IMG/VR virus record: IMGVR_UViG_3300017963_000228
Location: 1-64,000 of that record
Origin: a virus
Reading direction: 5' to 3' (one strand)
DNA: 64,000 bases
Shown: in pieces, positions 38,592-49,398 of the stretch
Numbering within the stretch: the stretch's first letter is position 1
Layout: every line of letters starts with the position of its first letter
The notes under the pieces: generated by a model
What the model saw: only the letters and a program-made list of their open reading frames with translations
Told to the model about the DNA's origin: nothing
The model's database searches: none
Position numbers and translations under genes: made by a program

Positions 38592-40844
38592 TTATGAAAT
38601 AATAATAGAATCTTCTGGTGCTGTATCAAAATCAGCTTCAATACCAACTATATTTTGTGATACAGCTTTAATATACCATGTACTTCCAACATCAGAAGCA
38701 TCAAAGGTTATATAACTATACATATTAGATCGTTTGTTATGACAATATTCGGTATCTGCATGAGAAGCAGCATTACTTCCTCTGGTACATCCCTCAAATT
38801 GATCTAATGTATCATTAATAGATGTATAAGAGATTAATTCATCTTCAATCCAAAATTCTCCTGAATCTGGAAATGTTCCATAAATAGTACTTAAATCGTA
38901 AGGAATAGAAGTTTGAACATCATCAATACCACCCGTTGCCAATTTTACACTTGAGGTAACAGATGATAATACTTTTTCTGCATTATACTCACCACTAACT
39001 CCCTTTTTTATGTAAATCATTGCACCATAAAACCAATTTTGATTTTCTGGTCTTTTAAAACAAATATACAGAATATTATTTGTTTCATCCTGAACAACAT
39101 GTAATCTTTCCACATGAGCAGGGGATGAATAAACAGATGGAATCATATATCCACTTGTTTCATATAGTTGTTGTGGTATTTCATCATCAAAAATAGTTCG
39201 ATCATATTCCATACAATTTATTTTTATTTCATCACTTTCTATTTCTTCTAAAGAAATAATTCTAAATTCTTTTCGTACCCATCCAGTTGTTGAATGAGAA
39301 ATCCCAATAATATCTCCAACTTTATAAAAGTAACCAACTAAATCCGTAGAGAATTCACAAAACCAACGCATACCCCTACCAGCATCACAATAATATTTTG
39401 CTAAACGAATTGCTTGTGATCTTCTTTTTACGCCAGCACAACGTATTTGTTGAGTTTTGTCATCTTCATTTTCAACTTCCAAATATGGATCTGGTGATTC
39501 CCATTCAACAACATCCCACTGATATTCGTTTGTATTACCTGAAACTAAATCTTTAAAATTTCTATTAATAAATTCAACTCTGCAAATTTTTACAATATCT
39601 AATTTAGATGTTTTACTAAAATTAAAAGTACCTTCTTTTATATTATCTTTTCTAATTGTAAAAGTTTCATTGGTAGGTGCAGAAGGAAGACTATCAATCA
39701 AATCAACATAATCTGTTCCCATTGTATTAATCGTAAATTCATATTCTATTCCACCCAATGTAATTTTTCCAACTTCTCCTTCCCAATAACCTAAAGGTTC
39801 TGTAAAAGCGGAACTAACATAAATACGATCAACAGTGCTTGACCCTGTAGCCGTAAAAGTTTCCTCATGTTCGTCACTAAAATATCCTTGTACTTCTTCT
39901 AAATCATTTTCAATAATAATATAAATTTTACCTTGACACCACGTAAGAATACCACGACATGTCATTAAAATATCTCTTACAAAATCATATCCTTTTGCTC
40001 TTGTATCAAGATAGTTTGAATAACGAAATCGTGGTTCCTGTATTGTGCTTCCTTCTTCATTTACATAAGAAACTATTTCATCACAATAATCAGCCGCAAT
40101 TTTCCAAGAAGAATCTACAGTATCAGGATCACCATCAAACCAAGCAGAATCAATAGCAGCACCTACTCTTGTATCCGTTAAAAAATGGTACAAAACCCTA
40201 ACTGGATTTGCATCTTCTTCTCCAGATTCAGTAAGAAATGCTTTCACTTCAGCAGAAAAAGAAGGTACATTATTAAAATACCCACCATCAAAAAAAGCAT
40301 AAACATATGAATATGTCGTATAAATATAAGGAATAGCAGGGGCAGCAGATCCAGAAAGAAAGGAATCTATAGAAGGATCTACAGTTTGACTATTAGTTCC
40401 TAAATAAGATCGAATAGTAAAATATTGGTCATCTTGAATATTTTCACCAATTGTTTTTTCATTAATCCAATATTTTAAAAATTCAATTGCTGGACCCTCA
40501 CAATGGGCAATAGCAAATTCCATCCACATTTGAGGGGTATACTCTGGATTCTTTTTACTTCCTCCTTCATCCATTTGCACACCCATATCACCTAACCACA
40601 AACAACCTCCATGTAATTTACATTGTCCATATGCTAATGTAACTGGAGCATTACGAATATAGGTGTTAATCCCAACATCTCCTAAAGGTGGAGGATTAGG
40701 AGCAGGGGGAGGATCAATCCAACCACCAATCATACCACCGATAGCCATACCCTGCATAGCACCGGGAAAATTTCCAATAACACCACCAATAATAGCACCA
40801 GCAACACTTCCAACAATTTGCCCCGTTGTCATATCACCAGACAT
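38592..40844 (-). CDS. tail-tip/hub protein (lambda J / GTA-like), paralog 1
   Basis: Gly-rich N-terminus, PVTLAYG, CEGP, ANPV..RVEFINR..GVKRRSQAIRLA..GDIIGISH; canonical position after NlpC. Confidence 0.8.
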   Translation of the reverse strand: MSGDMTTGQIVGSVAGAIIGGVIGNFPGAMQGMAIGGMIGGWIDPPPAPNPPPLGDVGINTYIRNAPVTLAYGQCKLHGGCLWLGDMGVQMDEGGSKKNPEYTPQMWMEFAIAHCEGPAIEFLKYWINEKTIGENIQDDQYFTIRSYLGTNSQTVDPSIDSFLSGSAAPAIPYIYTTYSYVYAFFDGGYFNNVPSFSAEVKAFLTESGEEDANPVRVLYHFLTDTRVGAAIDSAWFDGDPDTVDSSWKIAADYCDEIVSYVNEEGSTIQEPRFRYSNYLDTRAKGYDFVRDILMTCRGILTWCQGKIYIIIENDLEEVQGYFSDEHEETFTATGSSTVDRIYVSSAFTEPLGYWEGEVGKITLGGIEYEFTINTMGTDYVDLIDSLPSAPTNETFTIRKDNIKEGTFNFSKTSKLDIVKICRVEFINRNFKDLVSGNTNEYQWDVVEWESPDPYLEVENEDDKTQQIRCAGVKRRSQAIRLAKYYCDAGRGMRWFCEFSTDLVGYFYKVGDIIGISHSTTGWVRKEFRIISLEEIESDEIKINCMEYDRTIFDDEIPQQLYETSGYMIPSVYSSPAHVERLHVVQDETNNILYICFKRPENQNWFYGAMIYIKKGVSGEYNAEKVLSSVTSSVKLATGGIDDVQTSIPYDLSTIYGTFPDSGEFWIEDELISYTSINDTLDQFEGCTRGSNAASHADTEYCHNKRSNMYSYITFDASDVGSTWYIKAVSQNIVGIEADFDTAPEDSIIIS

Positions 40845-41298
40845 ATTTTATATCCTTATGCTTTAAAAAATAAGCAAACCTTTTATAATAACCAGAAGAA
40901 TGTAAATCTTCTAAATGAACTCCACGTAATCTACGAATTCGTGAACTACTGGCATGAATAAATTGGTTTTCATTAATCATTATACCAACATGATTTACTG
41001 GAACATCTTTACCAAATAGTCGAAAAGTTATTAAACATCCTTTTAAATAATCTGAAACTATTTCAAAACCACCAAAATTTGTTAATCCATTTAAAAGTCT
41101 TTCCCCTTGATACTTTTTATCTTTCCACCACGTAGGAGGATATGAAAGACCATCATTACGAACTAAAGATAACCCAGCCCTACTATGAGATAAATACACA
41201 AGACCCAAACAATCTAAACCAATTGTAGATCGTCCATAATGACAAAATGGAATTCCAATAAGTTTCTTGGTTTCCTGTACAATTCTTTCAGAATCCAA
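40834..41298 (-). CDS. NlpC/P60 tail-tip assembly peptidase
   Basis: GIPF.H.GR..GLDCLGLV..HVGI..FIHA. Confidence 0.85.
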   Translation of the reverse strand: MDSERIVQETKKLIGIPFCHYGRSTIGLDCLGLVYLSHSRAGLSLVRNDGLSYPPTWWKDKKYQGERLLNGLTNFGGFEIVSDYLKGCLITFRLFGKDVPVNHVGIMINENQFIHASSSRIRRLRGVHLEDLHSSGYYKRFAYFLKHKDIKYVW

Positions 41299-41312
41299 TT
41301 TATTCTCTCTAA

Positions 41313-42143
41313 TTATATTATGGGTTGTTTTGGAACGTGAGGATAACCACCGTAGTTATTATAATTATTAAATATGTTTTGACAGGCATCTGGATTTTTA
41401 GCACACAGTTTTTGAATTTTTATTTCTGTACCAGATGTAATTGTATAGCCAAATGGGATTCTAACAGTAACACTATTTGTATCATTAGAAAGAACTGGAC
41501 GTACATCTCCAGCATATTCCCCATCCATAATTTCAACATATCCCGGCACATAATAATCGGTACTATGAGCATGATTGCAAGAAAGTGTGGTTCCATCAGA
41601 TTGAGCAGTTAATACTACAGTATCATTATAATTGTTAATATTTATATCACATTGATTTGGTGTTCCAAATAACCAATTACATCCAATTTGATAAACACGT
41701 TTAGGAAACTCACGGTCCAATAAAGGTAAGGGTCTTAATGTCATGGTAAGCCAGTGTTCATCTCCTTTAGGAGCATCTAACAATCCATAAAAAATTGGAA
41801 CTGTTCCTGCAACATTATAACCTCCAGAAAAAGGATATCCAAAAACAAGTTCAATCATACACCAACGATTATCATATAAACCTTTCATTACATCTTGTTT
41901 AAATGATAGATTAACATTATCAAGTCCAATTTCAACTTCATTCATTACAGTTCCTTCTTCAGATTTAATTGTAGACCTTTTTATAGCCAACGCAGTATAT
42001 TCATCAATATCTTCGTTGTTAGCTATAAAATATGTATCCCAAGAAGGATATGAGGAATTAATACAAAAACGATATCCTGTCCAAACCACAGTGGATTTTT
42101 TAAAAAAATATGGAAGTAAATTAGAATTTATTTCTTTAGGCAT
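41313..42143 (-). CDS. DUF2163 / BR0599-like minor tail protein (gpL equivalent)
   Basis: P.R.YQ.GC.W.F..C and C.K...C..FNN..N.GG.P.VP Cys pattern. Confidence 0.8.
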   Translation of the reverse strand: MPKEINSNLLPYFFKKSTVVWTGYRFCINSSYPSWDTYFIANNEDIDEYTALAIKRSTIKSEEGTVMNEVEIGLDNVNLSFKQDVMKGLYDNRWCMIELVFGYPFSGGYNVAGTVPIFYGLLDAPKGDEHWLTMTLRPLPLLDREFPKRVYQIGCNWLFGTPNQCDININNYNDTVVLTAQSDGTTLSCNHAHSTDYYVPGYVEIMDGEYAGDVRPVLSNDTNSVTVRIPFGYTITSGTEIKIQKLCAKNPDACQNIFNNYNNYGGYPHVPKQPII

Positions 42144-42502
42144 TACGGTAGTTCCTCCAAAAACGTAATTTCAAAATTCCATATATTATTCATACCAGCA
42201 ACATGAGTGTAGCTAAAACTTTCATAAGTTACGTAATATGGACTTCCACCAGTACTATCAAACCATGCTGGAGTAACAGTCCAATTAAAAGGAGTTAATC
42301 CTGCCGTCTGACCTGTATAATGAGCAAGAATTGCATCCTTTTCAGCATTTGTTCTACCACGAATTTCAATAGACCAACGACTTTGTGGTAGAGAAGATTT
42401 TAACCTTCTTTTAATTCTCCATCCCTCCATTTTTGTTTGAATAATATTATAAACTGGAGGTTCAGGATTAAAACTATGAATTTCAAATGTAAAATCAGCC
42501 AT
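42143..42502 (-). CDS. distal tail protein (gpM/Dit-like)
   Basis: 119 aa directly after the TMP; G...PF.WT..FLE. Confidence 0.7.
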   Translation of the reverse strand: MADFTFEIHSFNPEPPVYNIIQTKMEGWRIKRRLKSSLPQSRWSIEIRGRTNAEKDAILAHYTGQTAGLTPFNWTVTPAWFDSTGGSPYYVTYESFSYTHVAGMNNIWNFEITFLEELP

Positions 42503-45500
42503 TACATACCCCTCCGTACCATACTACGAATATTTTTATTATTTCTAAAAGATTTAGCAATGCTTGCTTCAATTACACTTTGATTCTGCATAATAAATTC
42601 AACTCCGGTACGAGTATCGATAGCATTAAGATTCAATGGCATCTGAAAAATAACCTGTTGAGAAGAACCACCCATATCTTTAGCTCTTTCAAACCATTCG
42701 CTAACAGGTGTTACCATTTCAGATTTACCATTCTTAGCAAATTCATATGTCTTTCCAGTTTTCATACCCTTACCAACAACAGGTTCCGTAATCATACCAC
42801 CAGTATCAAATAAACTAAAACCTCCTCCTAAACCACTTCCACCACCAAAGTATGAAGTAACAAACCCTAATGCTGTTTTTACATAACCCATGATATCACT
42901 ACCACCACCACCGCCGCCACCACTTCCACTTCCACCACCAAAAAGACCACCAACAAAATCAAAGATTCCTCCAAATAAATCTTTACCTCCTTGTACAACC
43001 CCACTTGCTAAAGTTGTTACAACTTTTCCTATCCATCCAAAAACTTCAGAAAATCCATTTTTTAATCTTGAATTAGTTTCCCCAACATTTTCTTCTATAA
43101 CAGCAGTACTTTCCTTTACGGCTTCCGTAACTTTAGTTTGTTGTGCTGCCATCATAGCTCTTGTATTTTCCGTATAACCAACTATAATTACGGGAACTGG
43201 ATTAGAAAAAGTATTCCCTAATCCAGATTTATTTTCTATAATAGATTTTTCTCTACCTTTTTCTCCAATTTTACCCAAGGCAACCGCAGCAGAACCAACT
43301 TGTTCAATATTCGTTGGTGGAGCATTCATAGTTGCTGTTCCTGCTCCAGATCCTAATTTATCCATTAAATTATCAACAACGAGTCTTTTAATGGATGCTT
43401 TTACCATATCTCTTACAATAGATTCCCAAAGGGATTTCATCGATTCGCCAAAATTTTCAAAATCCAAAACAAGATCAGTGAGAGAATCAGACAATCCATC
43501 AGCCCAATTCTTACTCATTTCAATCATGTCATTCCAAAGTGGATGTTGCTTTTTCCACAATTCTTCTTCAAATGTTTTTTGAATTTGAATAAATTCAGCT
43601 TGCAAAGCAGCAGAATATCTTTGAGCATTCTCAGCACCTTCTTTCCAATTACCCGCATCATCTTTCCATTTAGCATCAATTTCTTCCATTTGAGACTGAT
43701 AATTAATCAATGCTTTTTGCTGCTCAACATGTAATTGAAGCACTTCTCCTTCAAGTTGTTTAATCGGACTATAACTATTTACCAAACGAGAAGCTTGAGC
43801 ATTTTGAGCATCAAGTATTTTTAAACTTGCTTCTCTTGTTTGATTAATTTTTTCTAATTCAATTCGTTCTTTCTTTGCATTCATTACACCTTGCAGAGCT
43901 AACAGTTTATCATCTTCACTGAGTTCTTCATTAGCTCTTATTTTTTGACTGAGCTTATCCATCTCAGCATTTATTTCTTCATAAGGATTCATGACCTTAT
44001 GAGAATTAATGGTGTTAAAAAGCTCAATTAATTCTTCTTTATATTCTCTGGCGTCTTGAAGCTGGCGTTTCATAAAACCAAGATCCAATGCTTTCATCAA
44101 TGAATCAGCATTTTCTCTGGCAATCTCATTTGTATGGGTCATCTCAATGATTCGTTCTTCCATCAAGGTTTTCCACTTATTCGTTTTATCTTCCCTTGTT
44201 TCAGGACGATCATAGAGTTCAGTCATCAGTACATTAAACTGACGTTTTGCTTGAGCATATGCTTTTGTTTCTTTTTCATTTAAATCTTCAAGAGCTTTAT
44301 GACGTTTCTCTGCTGCTGCTTTTTCTACATATTCTATTTGAGCAAGGTATTCTTTAAAACCCTGAATTTGAGTAGCAAGAACTTTTTGTTCCCCAGCACC
44401 CAAACCAATACCCGCTTCATATGCACTTTGTAAAAATGCAATATTTTCTTTAAGTTTTCTTTTTGTTTCATCTAATCCTTCAACATCAATTTCATACTGA
44501 ACTTGAATTTTTTCTTTGTCTGATGCTGCGGCTTTTCTAAGCTCTTTAAATTTAGTACCAAGTTTACCCATTTCTTCAGCCATATTACTAAATGGATGTG
44601 GAATGGTTTTAAGTTTACCCAACTCTGTTTGTTTTTTAGCAGTTTTATCTAATGCTTTATATGCATTTTCAATTGATTTATTAATATCCTTCCAAATTTG
44701 GGGTATTTCAGCTAATTTACTCTTAAAATCGCCTGTAAGTGAATCAGAATTTTTTATAGCAGCATAAAACTGATCTACACCACTTTTAATTACTGGCATT
44801 TGCCATGTAGCGATACCATACAGAATATCACCCATTGCTTTAAACATGCTAAGAATAAATCGTACTCCAGTAGACCATCCTTCTGTTAATGCTTGAATTA
44901 CTGTCATCCATGAACGAATAATACCAAGAACCCGCATTATACCTTCAAAAACAACTCCTACTAATTTCATCTCTCCTTGAAACTTATTTGCATTATCAGA
45001 CAAACCACCAAACAAAGTAGTAAATATAGAACTAATTACACTTAATTCAGAAACAATTGTTTTGATTAAACCCCATATGGTCATAGTCACCTGTTGTACA
45101 GTTTCCATTGCCATACCAAGTCCAGTAGCAATTTCTTTACCTCTTTCTGTAAGCTGTAATCCCTTATCTGTTACTGTAGCTATAGATTCTGCCAAATTAA
45201 AAAGTTTTTCAGAAATTTCCACTAAAGTATATTCAGCACCAATACGTTGAATTAATCCCCAAATCGCTTTTAATCTATTTATTACTGCACCAAATTCTTT
45301 TTCCATTCTGCGGTTCATTTCATCAAATGGACGAAGTGCATCAGCTAAAGCATCAATCATATTGACGCCTTCTTCTCTGGCATCTTTAATTACCTGTTGA
45401 ATATCAATTCCGATAAATTTAAACATCATTGCTAATTGGTCTGTAGCTCTTTGTCTTCCAGCAATAATAGCATAAAGTTCCTGACGCATCTGTACACCAG

Positions 45501-47997
45501 CATTAGCCATACCCTCAGTCAATGCTTTAATTGCTGTACCAATTGTAGCAATATTTTGTATATCTTTATCAGTTTTTGGAATAATTCCAGCTTGAGCAAA
45601 AGTCTTTGTCAACATCAACATATCTTCGACAGTAAGAATTGTTTTTGCTGCTTGCATTTCAAGCTTAACCATTAAATCTCTTGCATATTGATATGCTGTT
45701 TCATAAGTATCTGATATATTGCCAATCATCTGCATAGAAAAAGATGCTGCAAGAGACATAGCATCCATTCTAAATTGTTGAATATTATTTAAAACAGCCA
45801 AAACAGTTCTTTGCACTGTCATAACTGCTCTTGAAATAAGATATATTACTGCTGCTACTTGCCAACGGAAATTACGAACAGATTCCCACGCATTTCTTAC
45901 AAAACTTTTTGATGCTTTTTTATTTATTTGATTCATTTCATTTGTAGCACGTCTATACTCATTACTTAAATTACGATAATGTCTCCTCATTTGTGAAATT
46001 TGATTTTCAAGAGCATCAGTTTGTTTTTGAATACCGGCTGTACCAAGTCCTGCTTTCTGAATTTGATTAAGTTTAGCCAATTGTTTCTGTGCATGTTCTA
46101 AACGATTACCATATATACGTGTTGCTTTTTCTAACGCCTTGGTTTTACTTTCTACTTCTTCAATATGTTTTGTATTAATAAAACGTTTTTGACTTAATTT
46201 ATTTGTTAAAACCTGTAAATCTCTAAAATCTTGTTTAATACGATTAAATTCTTCTCTTGGAAATGTATTGTTCGCAAAAGTTCTTCTGATAACATTTTGA
46301 GTGCGTTTAGCAACATTTTCAATTTCTACGAATTGTTTTTGTATATCACTTCGATTTACAACCTGTTTATTTATAACTCCTTTAACTTGACTAAGCTTAC
46401 CACGTAAAGAACGAATATATTTTTCATAAAGCGCAATTCGCTTTTTATTTGTTTCATTATCCTGTGCTAAAGTCGCATCATTAAGAATTTTCCGTGCCGC
46501 TTTAACTTGTTTATCAAGTTCTTTTCTTTTTCTACTATATTGTTCATAAATTTTTTCTGATTGTTGAACACGTTTATTTATCTCAAGAAAATTTTTGCTG
46601 TTAATGTCACCATAACTTTTAGTAACTTTAGATAATTTCTCATACTGTTTTCTCAATTTTCCTAAATCAATTGTACCATCAAATGTGGGCTTTTTGAGCA
46701 TAATTGATTGAATATTTTTCTGCTCTTGTTTATATCTCGCCCAAAATTTCTCATACTGTGCAAGAATAGATTTTACTTTAGAAATTTCTCCACTGGCATC
46801 AACCAAACCAGTAGCCTGTAATGCTTCCGCTTGCTGTTTATATTCTTTTAATTTAGCAATTTTTGTATTAAGAGATTTTTCTATAAATCCAGATTTTTGA
46901 ATGGAACTTTGCATTCCTTTTTGCAGACTTAAACCAGCGGCACGTCCATACTCCGTTAATTGTGTATCTAAATTTTTTAATTCATTGGTAATACTTCTGG
47001 AACTAATACCTTTAGCTAAAGAAGTTTTCAATTCTCTCGCAAGTGTATTTGTTTTGGCTTTTACTTTATCTACCTGATTACCATATTCCTTAACAGCATC
47101 TTGAATATTTGCATAACCCTTACGTACTTCACGCAAAGCCATTACAGAATCTTTTAACTGTGATCTGGCTTGCTTTTTTAACTTTTCATCGGTTTGATCA
47201 ATAAGAGCTTGTTTGCTCTTTTCCATATTCAATTCAGATTCAGCAACACGTTTTCGTTGTGCAGATAAAGCAGTATCCAAGGATGCCTTTTGCTTCTCCA
47301 TCCCGGCACCCATCTTCTTATACTGAGTAACACCCTGAATCCTATCAACTTCTTTTAACTTATTTTCTAATTTATTTAATTCAGCAATAGTATCTTTCGT
47401 GGTTGCTTTAACCGCATCTACTGCTGTTACAGTCTGTTTCGCTAATGCTCTATTTGCAGCAACAGAAACAGATGCCCACATTTTATTAAATTCACTGACA
47501 ATGCGTTTCTGTTCTGCTTTTCTTTTTTCCTGCAAAGCATCATATTGTGCTTGAGCTTTATCAAGCTTTACTTCTGCGGATTTACGAGAAGGATGTGTTG
47601 GATCATCTTCATATTTTGCAGCAATTCCAGCTTGTTTTTTAATGTGATCTTTTAACTTTGCTGCTTCAGCAATAAATTGACGTTGACGTGCAGTAAGTTT
47701 ATCAAAGCGATCAATATAAGTATCGATTACTTTGATACCCTGATTGCCAACCTGTTTCATTGCTCCTCTTGCTTGTCCAAGAGAAGATTTAATATTACGT
47801 TGAGTCTGATCAAACATTGAATCAACGCTTGAAGATACTTGCTTGGCAAGGCTATCAAATGAACCACCAAGACCACGTACAGTCTGACCCGTTGATTTAA
47901 CAAAACGGGTATATGAAGCCGCAGCATCTTTCAGAACAGATTCAAAGTTGGTTTCAAGATTTAATATTATTTTCTCAATATTTTCATTATCAGCCAT
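42502..47997 (-). CDS. tail tape measure protein
   Basis: 1831 aa, helical/coiled-coil with hydrophobic patches and a Gly-rich FDTGG C-terminus; follows the chaperones. Confidence 0.9.
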   Translation of the reverse strand: MADNENIEKIILNLETNFESVLKDAAASYTRFVKSTGQTVRGLGGSFDSLAKQVSSSVDSMFDQTQRNIKSSLGQARGAMKQVGNQGIKVIDTYIDRFDKLTARQRQFIAEAAKLKDHIKKQAGIAAKYEDDPTHPSRKSAEVKLDKAQAQYDALQEKRKAEQKRIVSEFNKMWASVSVAANRALAKQTVTAVDAVKATTKDTIAELNKLENKLKEVDRIQGVTQYKKMGAGMEKQKASLDTALSAQRKRVAESELNMEKSKQALIDQTDEKLKKQARSQLKDSVMALREVRKGYANIQDAVKEYGNQVDKVKAKTNTLARELKTSLAKGISSRSITNELKNLDTQLTEYGRAAGLSLQKGMQSSIQKSGFIEKSLNTKIAKLKEYKQQAEALQATGLVDASGEISKVKSILAQYEKFWARYKQEQKNIQSIMLKKPTFDGTIDLGKLRKQYEKLSKVTKSYGDINSKNFLEINKRVQQSEKIYEQYSRKRKELDKQVKAARKILNDATLAQDNETNKKRIALYEKYIRSLRGKLSQVKGVINKQVVNRSDIQKQFVEIENVAKRTQNVIRRTFANNTFPREEFNRIKQDFRDLQVLTNKLSQKRFINTKHIEEVESKTKALEKATRIYGNRLEHAQKQLAKLNQIQKAGLGTAGIQKQTDALENQISQMRRHYRNLSNEYRRATNEMNQINKKASKSFVRNAWESVRNFRWQVAAVIYLISRAVMTVQRTVLAVLNNIQQFRMDAMSLAASFSMQMIGNISDTYETAYQYARDLMVKLEMQAAKTILTVEDMLMLTKTFAQAGIIPKTDKDIQNIATIGTAIKALTEGMANAGVQMRQELYAIIAGRQRATDQLAMMFKFIGIDIQQVIKDAREEGVNMIDALADALRPFDEMNRRMEKEFGAVINRLKAIWGLIQRIGAEYTLVEISEKLFNLAESIATVTDKGLQLTERGKEIATGLGMAMETVQQVTMTIWGLIKTIVSELSVISSIFTTLFGGLSDNANKFQGEMKLVGVVFEGIMRVLGIIRSWMTVIQALTEGWSTGVRFILSMFKAMGDILYGIATWQMPVIKSGVDQFYAAIKNSDSLTGDFKSKLAEIPQIWKDINKSIENAYKALDKTAKKQTELGKLKTIPHPFSNMAEEMGKLGTKFKELRKAAASDKEKIQVQYEIDVEGLDETKRKLKENIAFLQSAYEAGIGLGAGEQKVLATQIQGFKEYLAQIEYVEKAAAEKRHKALEDLNEKETKAYAQAKRQFNVLMTELYDRPETREDKTNKWKTLMEERIIEMTHTNEIARENADSLMKALDLGFMKRQLQDAREYKEELIELFNTINSHKVMNPYEEINAEMDKLSQKIRANEELSEDDKLLALQGVMNAKKERIELEKINQTREASLKILDAQNAQASRLVNSYSPIKQLEGEVLQLHVEQQKALINYQSQMEEIDAKWKDDAGNWKEGAENAQRYSAALQAEFIQIQKTFEEELWKKQHPLWNDMIEMSKNWADGLSDSLTDLVLDFENFGESMKSLWESIVRDMVKASIKRLVVDNLMDKLGSGAGTATMNAPPTNIEQVGSAAVALGKIGEKGREKSIIENKSGLGNTFSNPVPVIIVGYTENTRAMMAAQQTKVTEAVKESTAVIEENVGETNSRLKNGFSEVFGWIGKVVTTLASGVVQGGKDLFGGIFDFVGGLFGGGSGSGGGGGGGSDIMGYVKTALGFVTSYFGGGSGLGGGFSLFDTGGMITEPVVGKGMKTGKTYEFAKNGKSEMVTPVSEWFERAKDMGGSSQQVIFQMPLNLNAIDTRTGVEFIMQNQSVIEASIAKSFRNNKNIRSMVRRGM

Positions 47998-48000
47998 TTT

Positions 48001-48276
48001 TTATACCCTCAACGCATTAAGTTTAGATTGCCAATCAGGGTCTTTTTGTTTCCAATCAATAGATGGTTTCCCACCTTTTACATTTTTACTCAAATACTGA
48101 TCTAATTCTTTATTCAATTGATTAAGGAGAGGTTTCGGATCATTAAATCCTCTATTAAAATCGTAGATTCTGGAAATGCGTGATGCCGTAGATTCAATCT
48201 CACATGCTCTTTTTAATATAAGATATTTTTTTACTGGCATGTTAATCAATTCATTGAAAGTAACGGCACCACGCAT
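48001..48276 (-). CDS. tail assembly chaperone T part (reached by -1 frameshift)
   Basis: The -1 frame is open from the A8 run through ILGEVREYVRICHY into MRGAVTF; EL.NMP motif. Confidence 0.75.
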   Translation of the reverse strand: MRGAVTFNELINMPVKKYLILKRACEIESTASRISRIYDFNRGFNDPKPLLNQLNKELDQYLSKNVKGGKPSIDWKQKDPDWQSKLNALRV

Positions 48277-48311
48277 ATAGTGACAGATTCTAACGTACTC
48301 CCGAACCTCTC

Positions 48312-48734
48312 CTAAGATTTTTTTTCAGATTCAGTACCCGCAACATCTCCAATAGTGATCGACATTTGTTCATTAATCAATTGCATAATTTTAGCACGAA
48401 GTTTTACCGGCCAAGATGCAAGATCACTATCAGAGAGTGATTCATCAATGCTTCCATCTACTCCTTTTTTCATAACCGCAGCAAGAAGATATTCATCTTG
48501 CATATCAAAAAAATCATTGGTTTTATCCAAATCATCTTTAGATATTTCACCTTCTTCTTCCGGTAATTTAGGTTCAGCATCAGTAAAAGCCACAAATTTG
48601 CGGCTAATTGACATTAGTTTGTCCAATTGTTTTTTAGTGAATGCAGGAATATAATAGATATTTTCTTTAAATTTAAACTCCAGCACATCATCCAGATCAG
48701 AAAAGTCCAAAATCTCATTAACATTTTTACTCAT
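48312..48734 (-). CDS. tail assembly chaperone G
   Basis: Acidic 140-aa protein before the TMP; ends GAA AAA AAA TCT TAG. Confidence 0.8.
   Translation of the reverse strand: MSKNVNEILDFSDLDDVLEFKFKENIYYIPAFTKKQLDKLMSISRKFVAFTDAEPKLPEEEGEISKDDLDKTNDFFDMQDEYLLAAVMKKGVDGSIDESLSDSDLASWPVKLRAKIMQLINEQMSITIGDVAGTESEKKS
48318..48325 (-). promoter_or_regulatory. programmed -1 frameshift slippery site (A AAA AAA)
   Basis: X XXY YYZ heptamer in register, with an open -1 frame. Confidence 0.75.
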
Positions 48735-48764
48735 TTTCCATCTCCTTTAACAATAAGTTAGTTT

Positions 48765-49115
48765 TTAATCATGAATAACAGATTTTTTCAGTATAAAATC
48801 GATGACAGTAGATTTATCAATATCATCGGTTGTAAAGGTGGATTTTAATTCACTGACGTAAGAACCGGGTTCAAGAGCAACCGTATCAGAAGCAGTGATT
48901 GTCAAGTGAACATACCCCGTAGAAAGATCAGCTTTATCAAATGCAGCATCTAATTTTTCAAGAATATAGGATGAATCTTCCCTTTCTACTTTAACAGCCC
49001 ATTTAAACGTAGGAGCAGGGTTTAATGAAGACATATCATATGCCACTCCATTACGTTTAATTAAAAATGAATACGTTTTCGATTCACCTTTTTTAATTGT
49101 AATCTCAGATGCCAT
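48765..49115 (-). CDS. BppU-N-like Ig-fold virion protein
   Basis: I.KGE...F..G...D.....G.V.LTITASDT..L..G.Y..EL. Confidence 0.6.
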   Translation of the reverse strand: MASEITIKKGESKTYSFLIKRNGVAYDMSSLNPAPTFKWAVKVEREDSSYILEKLDAAFDKADLSTGYVHLTITASDTVALEPGSYVSELKSTFTTDDIDKSTVIDFILKKSVIHD

Positions 49116-49116
49116 T

Positions 49117-49398
49117 TTATACCTCTACTGTTATTTCGTTAGACTCAAGAGTTATTTCAATCTGATCTTCCGTTGATTCTTCATCTTCCATTAATTCAAT
49201 TTCGATTGTTTCTGGTTCAATTAAAATAATATCAATAACTGCTTCTACTTCCTGTGTTTCAATCGTTACCGTTTCGGTGTCTACTTCCACATCAAAGATT
49301 CCTTCCACGTATTCCGTAACAGTTTCACCGGGACCAGTACCCGTACCTGTTCCAGTGAAATCTGGCAACATTCCTTTCGTTGCTAATGCTAAACTCAT
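49117..49398 (-). CDS. highly acidic beta-repeat protein
   Basis: ATG 49398 overlaps the upstream stop; SLALATKG, GT linker, alternating I/V-E/D pattern. Confidence 0.6.
   Translation of the reverse strand: MSLALATKGMLPDFTGTGTGTGPGETVTEYVEGIFDVEVDTETVTIETQEVEAVIDIILIEPETIEIELMEDEESTEDQIEITLESNEITVEV

Noticed and set aside
42820-42960. (ACC)n-like repeats
   Set aside because: These are Gly codons in the tape measure C-terminal linker.
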